This document shows, piece by piece, positions 1 to 9,508 of a stretch of 64,000 nucleotides of DNA (position 1 is its first letter; every line of letters starts with the position of its first letter). This DNA comes from Melioribacter sp. (GTDB taxonomy: Bacteria; Bacteroidota; Ignavibacteria; Ignavibacteriales; Melioribacteraceae). The position numbers were made by a program, and so were the translations under genes. Below the pieces are notes generated by a model. It made no database searches. It was not told the DNA's origin and saw only the letters and a program-made list of their open reading frames with translations. The DNA lies in NCBI GenBank assembly GCA_003155655.1, contig PMDS01000025.1, positions 354-64,353 of the forward strand, in the 5' to 3' direction.

Positions 1-52
1 GCTTTAGCCCAAATAAAATAGATGAGGATGTAAACTAATAACGAAATTATGT
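1..52 (-). repeat. Conserved ~50 bp 3'-UTR module ending in a GGGCT-AA-AGCCC hairpin (terminator-like), downstream of trx on the minus strand. It is an inverted copy of 12022-12075.
   Basis: The reverse complement of 1-52 matches 12022-12075 at about 47/52 positions. The hairpin is truncated at the window edge. Confidence 0.5.
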
Positions 53-178
53 GTCCATTAAACAAAGAGTTGAGCTTGGCATAGCCATCCTTTCGGGAAA
101 AGCCAAAAACTTGTTTCTTTATCTATTCAGCAACTTAAAAGTCGTGATTATAAATTAAATTATGCATAATGTAAGTGA

Positions 179-514
179 TTAATTAACAATATTAAGATGA
201 GGATTTATTTTTCCAACTAATTGAGATTTTGGAACTGCGCCAATAACAGAATCAATCATTTTTCCATCCTTAAAAATGCCAAGTGTTGGAATGCTTTTGA
301 TCCCATATTTTGCCGAAACACCATAGTTTTCATCTGTGTTAATTTTTACAACTTTTAGTTTACCGGCAAGATCCTTGGCAATTTCTTCAACAATAGGCGC
401 TACCATTCTGCAAGGACCACACCATGGCGCCCAGAAATCAACTAAAACCGGTGTCTCAGATTTTAATACTTCATTTTCGAAATTTAAATCAGTTCCTTCT
501 ATAATATTTTCCAT
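179..514 (-). CDS. trxA: Thioredoxin
   Basis: 111 aa with a WAPWCGPC active-site motif, the typical thioredoxin length and C-terminal pattern. Confidence 0.9.
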   Translation of the reverse strand: MENIIEGTDLNFENEVLKSETPVLVDFWAPWCGPCRMVAPIVEEIAKDLAGKLKVVKINTDENYGVSAKYGIKSIPTLGIFKDGKMIDSVIGAVPKSQLVGKINPHLNIVN

Positions 515-585
515 TTTTTTCTCCTTTGTAATTACTGATTATAAGATGAATAACATAGAAAAAGGATTCAAATCAATTTCTTTAT

Positions 586-1332
586 TTAATTGTTGTTCAA
601 AAGATTAATCAAGCCTGTAAGGGAATGGATGATTTCAATGGGCTTTTTTCTGTCTTTAGCTAGATTAATACTAGTCCGGCTTTGCGGATACTTAATTAAA
701 ACCGGTTCAATATTAGAAAAGATAGCCCCGCTTATATCGTCACTGCTATCGCCGACAAAAATAATTTCTTCAGCTTTTAAGTTTACTTGCTTAAGCGTTA
801 ATTCAAAAATTCTAGAATCCGGTTTTAAAAAACCAACTTCATCAGAAATAATTATCGGGTTTAGAAATGAGTCAAGATTATAATCTTTTATTACTTTTTT
901 AATATGCGGTGTGTGGTCAAAATTTGTTATCATCGCCATTTTAAATCTTTTTTTCAGCTCTGTGAAAACATCTGTTGCATCTGGTGCAAGTGAAATATGT
1001 CTCTGCCAGATTCCAACCGTTTCATCGGCTATAAAAGCCAGCTGTTCTCTTGTGAAACTAACCCCGCGCTTCTCAAAGCTCCGCTTTATCTTTGTCTGGT
1101 AAGTAGTTAAACCGGAACCACTCTCTTTATTTATATTATTTAGGAGCAGTTCCTCACAGATGATGTTTATTGTTTCTTCGGAAAAATTATTCTCGATTCC
1201 TACACGATTATAAAAAGCCTTTCGCCATTCTTTCGAAGCTTTTTCTTCATCCTTAAATACTAATACAGTACCATAAAGATCAAAGAAAATTCCTTTAATC
1301 TTTTTAAAATCGAATTCAATCATGGAAATCAT
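586..1332 (-). CDS. HAD-superfamily hydrolase
   Basis: 248 aa with an N-terminal FDLYGT (DxDGT-like) motif and a C-terminal VGDSSDD motif typical of HAD phosphatases. It overlaps the upstream gene by 4 bp, so the two are likely an operon. Confidence 0.7.
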   Translation of the reverse strand: MISMIEFDFKKIKGIFFDLYGTVLVFKDEEKASKEWRKAFYNRVGIENNFSEETINIICEELLLNNINKESGSGLTTYQTKIKRSFEKRGVSFTREQLAFIADETVGIWQRHISLAPDATDVFTELKKRFKMAMITNFDHTPHIKKVIKDYNLDSFLNPIIISDEVGFLKPDSRIFELTLKQVNLKAEEIIFVGDSSDDISGAIFSNIEPVLIKYPQSRTSINLAKDRKKPIEIIHSLTGLINLLNNN

Positions 1333-2090
1333 TTTAAATATTCAATAACATCTTTGTGTATATTTCCCCCTGCAGCAACAATGCTGCTGCCTTTTACGGG
1401 GTCATTGCCCTGATAATCAGTAATTGTTCCTCCGGCACCACGAATTATTGGAATTAATGCCATAGAGTCCCAGATATTCATAATAGGGTCAATCATAATA
1501 TCAGCATATCCGGTTGCAACTAAATAATAGCCATAACAATCACCCCATTGGCGGTAAAGTTTTACACTATGCACAAGCTTATCAAATTTTTTTATTTCCT
1601 GGTACTTTTCAATATTCAATTGGTCAGTAGTAAGCAAAACGGCATTAGATAATTCTTTACATTCCCTAGTGTGAACTTGCTTTCCGTTTAATTCAGCAGT
1701 TTTCCCATCGCCAATTAAGCATTCATTAAGTATAGGCTGATTAATAATACCAATGATCGGCTCGTTGTTTTTAAGAAGGGCAATTAAAGTACCAAACGTT
1801 ACAGCGCCGCAAATAAAACTTTTTGTTCCATCAATCGGGTCAAGAATCCATTTATATTCCGCGCCGGAATTATACTCGCCAAACTCTTCTCCAAGAATTC
1901 CATGATCAGGAAATTCCTTCATAATCATTTCCCGCATAAGCTCTTCAGACTTTTTATCAGCAATTGTGACCGGCGATAAGTCATGTTTACTTTCAATTAC
2001 AATTTCAGTTCTAAAGTATTGTTTGATTATTTTTCCGCTTTTATCAGCCAGTTTTTGAGAAAATTTTTTGAAATTATAAAGTTCATTCAT
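1329..2090 (-). CDS. Inositol monophosphatase family protein
   Basis: 253 aa with WILDPIDGT and GEE motifs of the IMPase/FBPase fold. Confidence 0.8.
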   Translation of the reverse strand: MNELYNFKKFSQKLADKSGKIIKQYFRTEIVIESKHDLSPVTIADKKSEELMREMIMKEFPDHGILGEEFGEYNSGAEYKWILDPIDGTKSFICGAVTFGTLIALLKNNEPIIGIINQPILNECLIGDGKTAELNGKQVHTRECKELSNAVLLTTDQLNIEKYQEIKKFDKLVHSVKLYRQWGDCYGYYLVATGYADIMIDPIMNIWDSMALIPIIRGAGGTITDYQGNDPVKGSSIVAAGGNIHKDVIEYLK

Positions 2091-2173
2091 TTTTCAACCC
2101 AATTTTATCAATTAGATATTTAAAGATATTGGATTAACAATTCGTTCACAAAAATTATATTTTAGTATTAGAG

Positions 2174-3139
2174 ATGAGTTTATATAAAGCAAACAGCGAA
2201 AATATTCTTGCCGCCTCAAAAGTAATTAAGGAGGGAGGACTTGTTGCTTTCCCTACGGAAACGGTTTACGGATTGGGTGCAGATGGATTAAACCCAATTG
2301 CTGTAGCTAAAGTATTTGATGTTAAAAAGCGCCCTGTGTTCAATCCTTTAATACTTCATATATCTAAAAAAGAGGAATTGGAAAAATTTACTATTGTCAA
2401 AAATGAAAAAGTCATACAACTTGTTGATAAATTTTGGCCGGGTCCGCTTACACTTGTTTTACCCAAGACTGAAATTGTGCCGGAAATTGTAACAGCAGGA
2501 AATCCAACTGTTGCAATAAGAATGCCGAATCATCAAGTTGCTCTTCAACTAATAGAAGCAAGTAAAACTCCTATAGCTGCGCCAAGTGCAAACAGGTTTG
2601 GTCATTTAAGTCCAACAGAAGCATACCATGTAGAAAAATATTTGGGTAGTAAAATTGATATGATTCTTGATGGCGGGAAATGTTCGGTTGGGGTTGAATC
2701 GACTATAATACAATTTCATGAAAATGAATTTTATCTTCTGCGTCCGGGAGGTTTATCAAAAGAAGAAATTGAAGATGAAATTGGAAAAATAAAAAGCGGT
2801 AAAATAAATCAGCGAAAACCTAACGCACCAGGTCAGCTTCCTTTTCATTATTCGCCGAATACGAAGTTAAAATTTTTTGACAAACGGTTGTTGGATGTAA
2901 ATAAAAAAATAGGAGTTTTGTTTTTTAAAGAAAATAAATTTGATTTTCCGTTTGCAAGTATAAAGATACTTTCTGCTTCCGGTAATTTGCATGAAGCCGC
3001 AGCAAATCTTTTTCTGCAGCTCCATGAACTTGAATTAGAAAATGTTGATTTAATTCTTGTTGAGCCCGTAGAAGAATCCGGACTTGGACTTGCTATAATG
3101 GATCGTTTAAGGAAAGCTTCTCACAAACATGCTATATGA
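2174..3139 (+). CDS. L-threonylcarbamoyladenylate synthase (Sua5/YrdC family, long form with Sua5 C-terminal domain)
   Basis: 321 aa. The YrdC-like N-terminus (AFPTETVYGLGAD) is followed by a C-terminal extension typical of Sua5-type TsaC. Confidence 0.85.
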   Translation: MSLYKANSENILAASKVIKEGGLVAFPTETVYGLGADGLNPIAVAKVFDVKKRPVFNPLILHISKKEELEKFTIVKNEKVIQLVDKFWPGPLTLVLPKTEIVPEIVTAGNPTVAIRMPNHQVALQLIEASKTPIAAPSANRFGHLSPTEAYHVEKYLGSKIDMILDGGKCSVGVESTIIQFHENEFYLLRPGGLSKEEIEDEIGKIKSGKINQRKPNAPGQLPFHYSPNTKLKFFDKRLLDVNKKIGVLFFKENKFDFPFASIKILSASGNLHEAAANLFLQLHELELENVDLILVEPVEESGLGLAIMDRLRKASHKHAI

Positions 3140-3177
3140 TTAGCCACCGTTTATGAATACAGGTTAATTTAACTATC

Positions 3178-3185
3178 TTTATATT
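3178..3185 (+). promoter_or_regulatory. Candidate Bacteroidetes-type -7 promoter element TATATTTG (TAnnTTTG), about 35 nt upstream of the histidine kinase ATG
   Basis: Sequence motif only. A similar TATATTTG lies 9 nt before the ATG of the 20495 gene. Confidence 0.25.
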
Positions 3186-3220
3186 TGTATGAATAAGAAA
3201 CACTTTCGATTATTAAACGA

Positions 3221-4804
3221 ATGGAAAACATAAATATTTTTAACACACAAGAATTTAATTCGCCAGGGAATAATACAGGAGAAAGAATACGATCCGTCAA
3301 CGAGCTAAACCTTGTGCTCCGTACTATGAATTCAATCCCAAATTGTATCAATATTACAGATGTTAACGAAATAATCCTTTACGTAAATAATGCGTTTGCA
3401 GCAACTTACGGATACACTGTAGAGGAATTGGTTGGAAAGTCAATTACAATTATCCGTTCTGAGAAAAATGATCCGGAATATGTAAAACAGATTCTTCCTG
3501 CAACATTAAAGGATGGTTGGCACGGCAGGTTATGGAATAAACGCAGGGATGGAGTTGATTTTTACATAGATTTACACACTTCTATTGTCCGGGACGAAAA
3601 AGGTACCCCAATTGCCTACGTGGGTGTGGCACAAGACATGACCGAAAAGTTAAAAGCAGAAGAAGATTTGCGTACAGCGCAAGATAAATTCAAAACTCTT
3701 TTTCAGGAACTTAAGGATATTGTTTACGAAAGCACGCCAGACGGAATGCTTATTGAACTTAACCCTCCGGGATGTGAACTGTTTGGAATAACTTCTTTAG
3801 ATGAGCTAAAAAATATTGATATAGCCCGCGATCTTTATGCAATAAAAGATGAAAGGAATAGTTTTAAAAAGGAATTGGAGAATAAAGGATTTGTCAAAGA
3901 TTACGAAATTCATGTTCGTAAAAAAACGGGTGAAATAATTACAGCATTAGAGACATCTTATGCGGTAAAAGATGGAAAAGGAAAAATCATTGCATACCGG
4001 GGAATTATAAGAGATGTTACCGAACAAAAAAAGAATGAGAAAACTCTAAAACAACTTGTGGAAAAACTGGAAGAAGTTAATTCCCAGCTTAAGGAATCGG
4101 AAGAAGAATTAAAAAATACGAATGCTTCCAAAGATAAATTTTTCTCAATTATTGCTCATGATTTAAGAAGTCCTTTCAGTTCGCTTCTAAGTTTCTCCGA
4201 ATTTCTTATGGAAGACATTCAGATCCTGTCGAAAGAAGAGATTAAATCATTCGCAGAAAAGATTAACGAATCTGCAAAAAGTGTTTTCAGTCTGCTTGAA
4301 AATCTTTTGCAGTGGTCACGAATTCAATCTGGTAAAATTCCTTTCCAGCCGGCAAATTTTAATATCTCATACAAAATAAACCAGGTAATTAGTCTCCTTT
4401 TAAATAATGCGCAGAACAAGAATGTCAGAATTATAAACGAAGTACCTTCGGGGATAGTAGTGATTGCTGATGAAGACATGATGTATTCGGTTATACAAAA
4501 TTTGCTTTCCAATGCAATAAAATTTACGAGAGAAAACGGATTGATTATCTTTCGCTCTGTTACAAAGGAAACAGAATACGAAATTACTATTCTCGATACA
4601 GGCGTTGGAATTAGAGAAGAAGATTTACAAAAACTTTTTCGTATCGATTCTCACGTTACAACAGCTGGTACCAATGACGAGAAAGGTAGCGGGCTGGGTT
4701 TAATATTGTGTAAAGAAATGATAGAGCGAAATCATGGAAAAATATGGGCTTACAGCAGACTTAACGAAGGAACATCATTTACATTTACACTTCCAAAAGC
4801 CTGA
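3221..4804 (+). CDS. PAS-domain sensor histidine kinase
   Basis: 527 aa with two PAS-like regions, a HisKA H-box (IAHDLRSP) and HATPase N/G boxes (NAIKFT, GSGLGL). Confidence 0.85.
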   Translation: MENINIFNTQEFNSPGNNTGERIRSVNELNLVLRTMNSIPNCINITDVNEIILYVNNAFAATYGYTVEELVGKSITIIRSEKNDPEYVKQILPATLKDGWHGRLWNKRRDGVDFYIDLHTSIVRDEKGTPIAYVGVAQDMTEKLKAEEDLRTAQDKFKTLFQELKDIVYESTPDGMLIELNPPGCELFGITSLDELKNIDIARDLYAIKDERNSFKKELENKGFVKDYEIHVRKKTGEIITALETSYAVKDGKGKIIAYRGIIRDVTEQKKNEKTLKQLVEKLEEVNSQLKESEEELKNTNASKDKFFSIIAHDLRSPFSSLLSFSEFLMEDIQILSKEEIKSFAEKINESAKSVFSLLENLLQWSRIQSGKIPFQPANFNISYKINQVISLLLNNAQNKNVRIINEVPSGIVVIADEDMMYSVIQNLLSNAIKFTRENGLIIFRSVTKETEYEITILDTGVGIREEDLQKLFRIDSHVTTAGTNDEKGSGLGLILCKEMIERNHGKIWAYSRLNEGTSFTFTLPKA

Positions 4805-4919
4805 TATATTTCTGCATTGTATTTTCTTTCAACCCGCCATCTTGCTTAATGATACTTCTTTAACTAAGTTCATTTATAATAATCAATAAAACTGTTTACA
4901 AACTTCAGAGGAACGTTCA

Positions 4920-6110
4920 ATGTCAAAAGAAATGATTCTAGAAAAAATAAATCAAGCTGTTAAAATATTGAATGAAAAAGATATTGATATGTGGATGACT
5001 TTTGTCCGCGAAACAGGCAACATGAAAGATCCAATGGTAGATATGATAGTCGGAACTAATGCCACCTGGCAGTCTGCGTTCATTATTACTAAAAGCGGTC
5101 AAACACACGCAATAGTTGGCTCGCTTGAAGTTGAAAACATGAAAGCTGTAGGGACATACAAAAATATCCATAGTTATTTAAAATACGTTAAAGATGCTCT
5201 TATAGAGGTGCTTAATATTTATAAGCCGGAAAAAATTGCAATAAATTATTCCCGCAATTCAACTCTTGCCGACGGGATGACATATGGATTGTATCTTGAA
5301 CTGTTAGATCATTTAAAGGATACAAAATATGCCGCGGCATTAATTTCTTCTGAAGACATCGTTGCGGCGTTGAGAGGAAGAAAATCACAAACAGAACTTG
5401 AATTTTTGAAAGAATCTATAAAAGAAGCATTGAAAATATTTGATGAGGTAACAAAATTTATTAAGCCCGGTTTATCAGAAAAAGAAGTTGCTGATTTTGT
5501 TATTAACTTAACCCGTAATAAAGGACTGGAACTATCATGGGATCAAGATTACTGTCCTTCGGTTTTTTCCGGACCGGATACAGCAGGTGCGCATTCAGGT
5601 CCAACAAACAGGGTTATTGAAGCAGGGCATGTAATCAATATGGATTTTGGAGTTAAGTTCAAAAACTATTGCTCGGATCTTCAAAGAACCTGGTACGTGC
5701 TTAGACAGCACGAAGATAAAGCCCCGGCGGAAGTTCAAAAAGGGTTTGATGTCATTTATGAATCAATCACACGTTCAGCAAATGAGCTAAAACCCGGCAA
5801 AAAAGGTTATGAGATTGACGAGATTGCGCGTAATTACATTCAAATTCAGGGCTATGAAGAATTTCCGCATGGATTAGGCCATCAGGTTGGCAGAGTATGC
5901 CATGATGGCGGGTGTCTACTTGGTCCCAAGTGGGAACGTTATGGTAATTTGCCATACCTTGAAGTTGAGGAAGGAAATGTTTTTACAATAGAGCCCAGGC
6001 TTACAATTCCAAATTATGGAATTGCGACAATTGAGGAAGAAGTTGTAATAACAAAAACAGGTTGCGAATTTTTATCGCAACGGCAGAAAGAAATTTACCT
6101 TGTAAGATAG
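4920..6110 (+). CDS. M24 family metallopeptidase (Xaa-Pro aminopeptidase-like)
   Basis: 396 aa with the creatinase/prolidase N-terminal domain plus a pita-bread C-terminal domain carrying metal ligands (HGLGHQVG, EPR). Confidence 0.8.
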   Translation: MSKEMILEKINQAVKILNEKDIDMWMTFVRETGNMKDPMVDMIVGTNATWQSAFIITKSGQTHAIVGSLEVENMKAVGTYKNIHSYLKYVKDALIEVLNIYKPEKIAINYSRNSTLADGMTYGLYLELLDHLKDTKYAAALISSEDIVAALRGRKSQTELEFLKESIKEALKIFDEVTKFIKPGLSEKEVADFVINLTRNKGLELSWDQDYCPSVFSGPDTAGAHSGPTNRVIEAGHVINMDFGVKFKNYCSDLQRTWYVLRQHEDKAPAEVQKGFDVIYESITRSANELKPGKKGYEIDEIARNYIQIQGYEEFPHGLGHQVGRVCHDGGCLLGPKWERYGNLPYLEVEEGNVFTIEPRLTIPNYGIATIEEEVVITKTGCEFLSQRQKEIYLVR

Positions 6111-6123
6111 TTTTTCCCATTCA

Positions 6124-6161
6124 ATCAGCCCTTTTCTTGTAGGAAAAGGGCTGATTTGTGG
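6124..6161 (+). terminator. Intrinsic terminator-like hairpin after the M24 peptidase gene
   Basis: Perfect 12 bp stem ATCAGCCCTTTT/AAAAGGGCTGAT with an 8 nt loop, followed by a TTGTGG tail. It may act bidirectionally. Confidence 0.55.
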
Positions 6162-6287
6162 TATTAAATTACAAATACGAATTTAAAGTAAATTCCTAAT
6201 ACTTATTATGAAAATTTCCTTAAACCTCAAAAGTATACGGAATGTCTAAAAACTAATTCCATTTGATTTTAATTTAAAAGGCGAAAA

Positions 6288-7181
6288 ATGAATACTCAAC
6301 GTTTTATTATGAAAATTGTTGTTTTTTTCACCGCAGCTTTTGTACTTTGCATTTTGAGCGGTTGTAGTTCTTCACAGTCAATAGTAAGTACCTGGAATAA
6401 GCAGGAAATTAAGATTGACGGGGACCCTTCAGAATGGCTGCCTATAATGCAGCAAATACCGGACAAAAAAGTTTCTGTGGGATTTAGGAATGACGATAAA
6501 TTTTTATACCTCTGTTTAATGACAGAAGACAGGTCTAAGATTTTTCAGCTTTTAAGAAGTGGTTTTGTGGTATGGTTTGAAACTGAGTCCAAAGAATATA
6601 AAACTTACGGTGTAAGATACCCGCTGCCTGTTGATTTTTCTGAACAAACGCCAAGGAATAGAGAAGCCGGTATAAATGGGCCGAGGGAAATGAATAAAGA
6701 TTTAGGACAAATGGAAGATTTGGAAAAGTTAATTCAAACATTTTTTCAAAAGCAAAATGAGTTAGAAGTCGTTAATAAAGACAAATTTCCTTTAACAGCT
6801 TTATCTCTTCCAAATAAAGAAGGAACTGAGGCTAAATTCGGAGTTTACAGGGGAATGCTTGTTTATGAACTAAAAGTTCCTTTGGCGGTTGGAGGGGATT
6901 ATTCTTTTAGCGCTGGCGCTGTACCCGGGGATAATTTGAAAATTAGATTTGAAACAGAACCTCTTGCAGTAAAACCAACGGGAGAGCAAGGTGAACGCGG
7001 AAAAGGACCTGGTGGTGGTGCGCCTCCTGGAGGTGGACCTGGCGGCGGCGGAATGCGCGGTGGTGGAGGCCGTTCTGGCGGCGGTAGACCAGGCGGAATG
7101 GGTGGAGGTCCATTCTCAGGTGCTGGCGGAATAGATCTTTCAGTTGAAATAAAGCTGGCGGCTCAACAGATAAACAAATAA
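6288..7181 (+). CDS. Lipoprotein with a glycine-rich low-complexity C-terminus
   Basis: 297 aa with a signal peptide and lipobox (LSGCSS). The C-terminal G/P/R-rich tract (codons at about 7005-7135) is locally GC-rich. Confidence 0.55.
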   Translation: MNTQRFIMKIVVFFTAAFVLCILSGCSSSQSIVSTWNKQEIKIDGDPSEWLPIMQQIPDKKVSVGFRNDDKFLYLCLMTEDRSKIFQLLRSGFVVWFETESKEYKTYGVRYPLPVDFSEQTPRNREAGINGPREMNKDLGQMEDLEKLIQTFFQKQNELEVVNKDKFPLTALSLPNKEGTEAKFGVYRGMLVYELKVPLAVGGDYSFSAGAVPGDNLKIRFETEPLAVKPTGEQGERGKGPGGGAPPGGGPGGGGMRGGGGRSGGGRPGGMGGGPFSGAGGIDLSVEIKLAAQQINK

Positions 7182-7205
7182 TTTTTTTAGATGCAGTACA
7201 GAAAA

Positions 7206-7853
7206 TTATTCAGGGATTGCCGCAAGGTACTTTTCCAGCCCGTTTAGACATGTAATATAAGTTACATCATCAATACCGGCAAAAATGTTGCTATAGTCTT
7301 GTGCCAAAGCCTGCCCGCCAACTATAATTGTCTGAAATGGAAATTCATTTTTAATGTCGTTAATTAATTTTACCAATCTCGATAAATTAACATAGAAGCT
7401 GATTGAAATACCAACCAACTCAGGGTTCCTTTCACGGATCATGAAAAGAATTTCATTGGCGGGAGTATTTGAACCGGCAAAAAGCGTGTCCCATCCGTTA
7501 GCTTGGAGAAATCCTGCAACCATTCGCGCACCAAGCTCATGGAATTCCTTATCAACACACGTAACTAAAGCAATCTTACCGTTTTTTTTACTGCATAAGT
7601 AATTTTCTGAAACAAGTTCAATCAATCCTTCTGTAATTTTAGTAGCAACGTGTTCTTTTGCAATTGAGCATCTTTCTTTTTCCCACAACTGGCCGATTCT
7701 ATACATAGAGCGCTGGAACAACTCCATGTAAATTTCTTTTATGCTAACCCGCTGCTCAACAAGATTAATTACAATTTGTACACATTGCTGCTTATCCCCA
7801 TCCAATAATGAATTGAGATAATGTAAATAAACCGCTTCTGAAATCATTTTCAT
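7206..7853 (-). CDS. Cobalamin (B12)-binding domain protein (helical cap plus Rossmann B12-binding module)
   Basis: 215 aa. The pattern LVTCVDKEFHELGARMVAGFLQANGWD matches B12-binding domains of the CarH and methionine-synthase type. There is no DNA-binding domain. Confidence 0.65.
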   Translation of the reverse strand: MKMISEAVYLHYLNSLLDGDKQQCVQIVINLVEQRVSIKEIYMELFQRSMYRIGQLWEKERCSIAKEHVATKITEGLIELVSENYLCSKKNGKIALVTCVDKEFHELGARMVAGFLQANGWDTLFAGSNTPANEILFMIRERNPELVGISISFYVNLSRLVKLINDIKNEFPFQTIIVGGQALAQDYSNIFAGIDDVTYITCLNGLEKYLAAIPE

Positions 7854-8006
7854 GTTTAGCTTTAATGTATTCTAAACCAGAATACCAATAAAATAATTCC
7901 ATATTTGCTATGATTTTTTCTGACATTTATCAGTCGACTTTTTACATAAATTCTTTTTAAATCACTTTTGGGGAGGGGAAAGAAAATATCAATTTAATGG
8001 GCTGCT

Positions 8007-8675
8007 TTAAGAATTTGTTTTATTGTTTTTTCTGAAACGCTTTATTAACAGTCGGGAAATCCTATAGCTTGTATATGCAAAAAAAGGTGCGGTGACAACA
8101 TCAATTGTGTAATGAACGTGCTGAACCAGAACACAATAACCCACCAATATTGTACAAGCTAAAAAAATTGGTTTTAAAGTTTTACTGGGACTAGTTAAGA
8201 AGAATAAAAACATAGTTGATGTATGACCCGAAAAAAATAAATCGCGTAGAAGTGTTGTTCCCCCGCCAAAGAATTCAATGAATGGATCTTTCAAAGGAAT
8301 AATTGCATGCGGCGCGCTTAGTGGAAGGAAATAAATTGTAATCAATCTTAAAGATGCAATAAGAGTATAGGATTGCAGCGCTATCAGCAACCTTTCGGGA
8401 TAAAATGCAAGCGAGGCAAGAGCAATAATCAAACCAATATAAATTAATCCAAAAGTAAGCCATGTTACATCAATTGGTGTAAACAAACTTATAAAAGGAT
8501 CGTTAAATGAAAATCCCTGCCGTATTTCATTATACGCTAAAAATTTTGCGAAAACATATAATGTAATAACAAGTAAAAATAATGTGGCTGCAAACAAGTT
8601 GCGGAAATATTTTTTCCCCAGCTCGTTTAGCCAGGCAGACTTAAAATTGTTATATGTATATATTTTATTGTGCAT
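8007..8675 (-). CDS. PAP2-superfamily membrane protein
   Basis: 222 aa and multi-TM, with SGHTS and HYTIDV motifs resembling PAP2 phosphatase/transferase signatures. Confidence 0.55.
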   Translation of the reverse strand: MHNKIYTYNNFKSAWLNELGKKYFRNLFAATLFLLVITLYVFAKFLAYNEIRQGFSFNDPFISLFTPIDVTWLTFGLIYIGLIIALASLAFYPERLLIALQSYTLIASLRLITIYFLPLSAPHAIIPLKDPFIEFFGGGTTLLRDLFFSGHTSTMFLFFLTSPSKTLKPIFLACTILVGYCVLVQHVHYTIDVVTAPFFAYTSYRISRLLIKRFRKNNKTNS

Positions 8676-8799
8676 CTATTGGAAATTTTACGCTGATAAG
8701 ATAATCACGAATGGGAAAACATCAAAAGAATTTCTAACTATTCTCCTCTCTACGCCTGTCGGCAGGCAAGCTTCATAAGGAGAGGGAGTTAGGGTGAAG

Positions 8800-9384
8800 T
8801 CAAAAAATGAAAGGAATAAACATTTTTGTGCGTTTCATATATTTCAAATATCCATCACCAAATTTGTCTATCATTTCCAGCTCTTCAACTTTAGCTGTTT
8901 CATATAGGGCAATAATATTTACTAATGCAAAAAGTAAAGTATTAACAGAAATGTATTTAAGAAAAATTCCGCATCCAAGAAGCAATAAAGAACAATACAA
9001 CGGGTGGCGGATATATTTATAAGTTCCCTGGATAACCAGCCTGCTTGTGTTTTCAATTTGCCCTGCCGGTCTTCCAATCTTCTTTAATAAATAGAAACCA
9101 TGTATTGCAAGGATTAAAGAGGCAAATAAAAGTAACCATGAAAATATTTGAAAGATATTGAATGGGTTTTCGAACCAATAAGGATAGTTAAATAAGGTTA
9201 AGGCGAAAAGGCTTTCAAAAGAAAAAAAACGGTATATACCATGGTAGCGCTTTTCTTTAATTGAAAACCACCATGAGAAATAAGCTATTAACAGAGTACC
9301 AATTACAAATATTATAATTTCCATAAAATACACGGTAAGAATGTTTATTTCTGCTTTTAAGTTAACATCAAGAACAATAAACAT
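8800..9384 (-). CDS. Isoprenylcysteine carboxyl methyltransferase (ICMT/PEMT) family membrane protein
   Basis: 194 aa and multi-TM, with an RHPLY motif and a C-terminal E-rich region typical of the ICMT family. Confidence 0.6.
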   Translation of the reverse strand: MFIVLDVNLKAEINILTVYFMEIIIFVIGTLLIAYFSWWFSIKEKRYHGIYRFFSFESLFALTLFNYPYWFENPFNIFQIFSWLLLFASLILAIHGFYLLKKIGRPAGQIENTSRLVIQGTYKYIRHPLYCSLLLLGCGIFLKYISVNTLLFALVNIIALYETAKVEELEMIDKFGDGYLKYMKRTKMFIPFIF

Positions 9385-9421
9385 CCATAAAAAAAGCAGT
9401 ACTGTAAAACCTCACCCCTGC

Positions 9422-9490
9422 CCCTCTCCTTGTGAAGGAGAGGGTATCCCGCTTGACCTCAACCTTTCCCCCTCCTTTTCAAGGAGGGGG
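9422..9490. repeat. Tandem pair of GC-rich perfect 10-bp-stem hairpins (CCCTCTCCTT-gtg-AAGGAGAGGG and CCCCCTCCTT-ttc-AAGGAGGGGG), between the flotillin stop and the ICMT start
   Basis: Read directly from the sequence. The two hairpins differ by a compensated substitution (T to C paired with A to G). Confidence 0.7.
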
Positions 9491-9508
9491 ATTAAAGGGG
9501 GTGGTTAA

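Noticed and set aside
89-108. 17-nt identity (ATCCTTTCGGGAAAAGC) between 89-108 and about 50805-50822
   Set aside because: A match of this length is expected by chance about once in a 64 kb self-comparison. There is no extended similarity in the flanks.
7005-7135. GC-rich GGTGGx/GGCGGx tract considered as a tandem DNA repeat or foreign insert
   Set aside because: It is in frame within the lipoprotein ORF and simply encodes a Gly/Pro/Arg-rich low-complexity tail. It is not an independent element.
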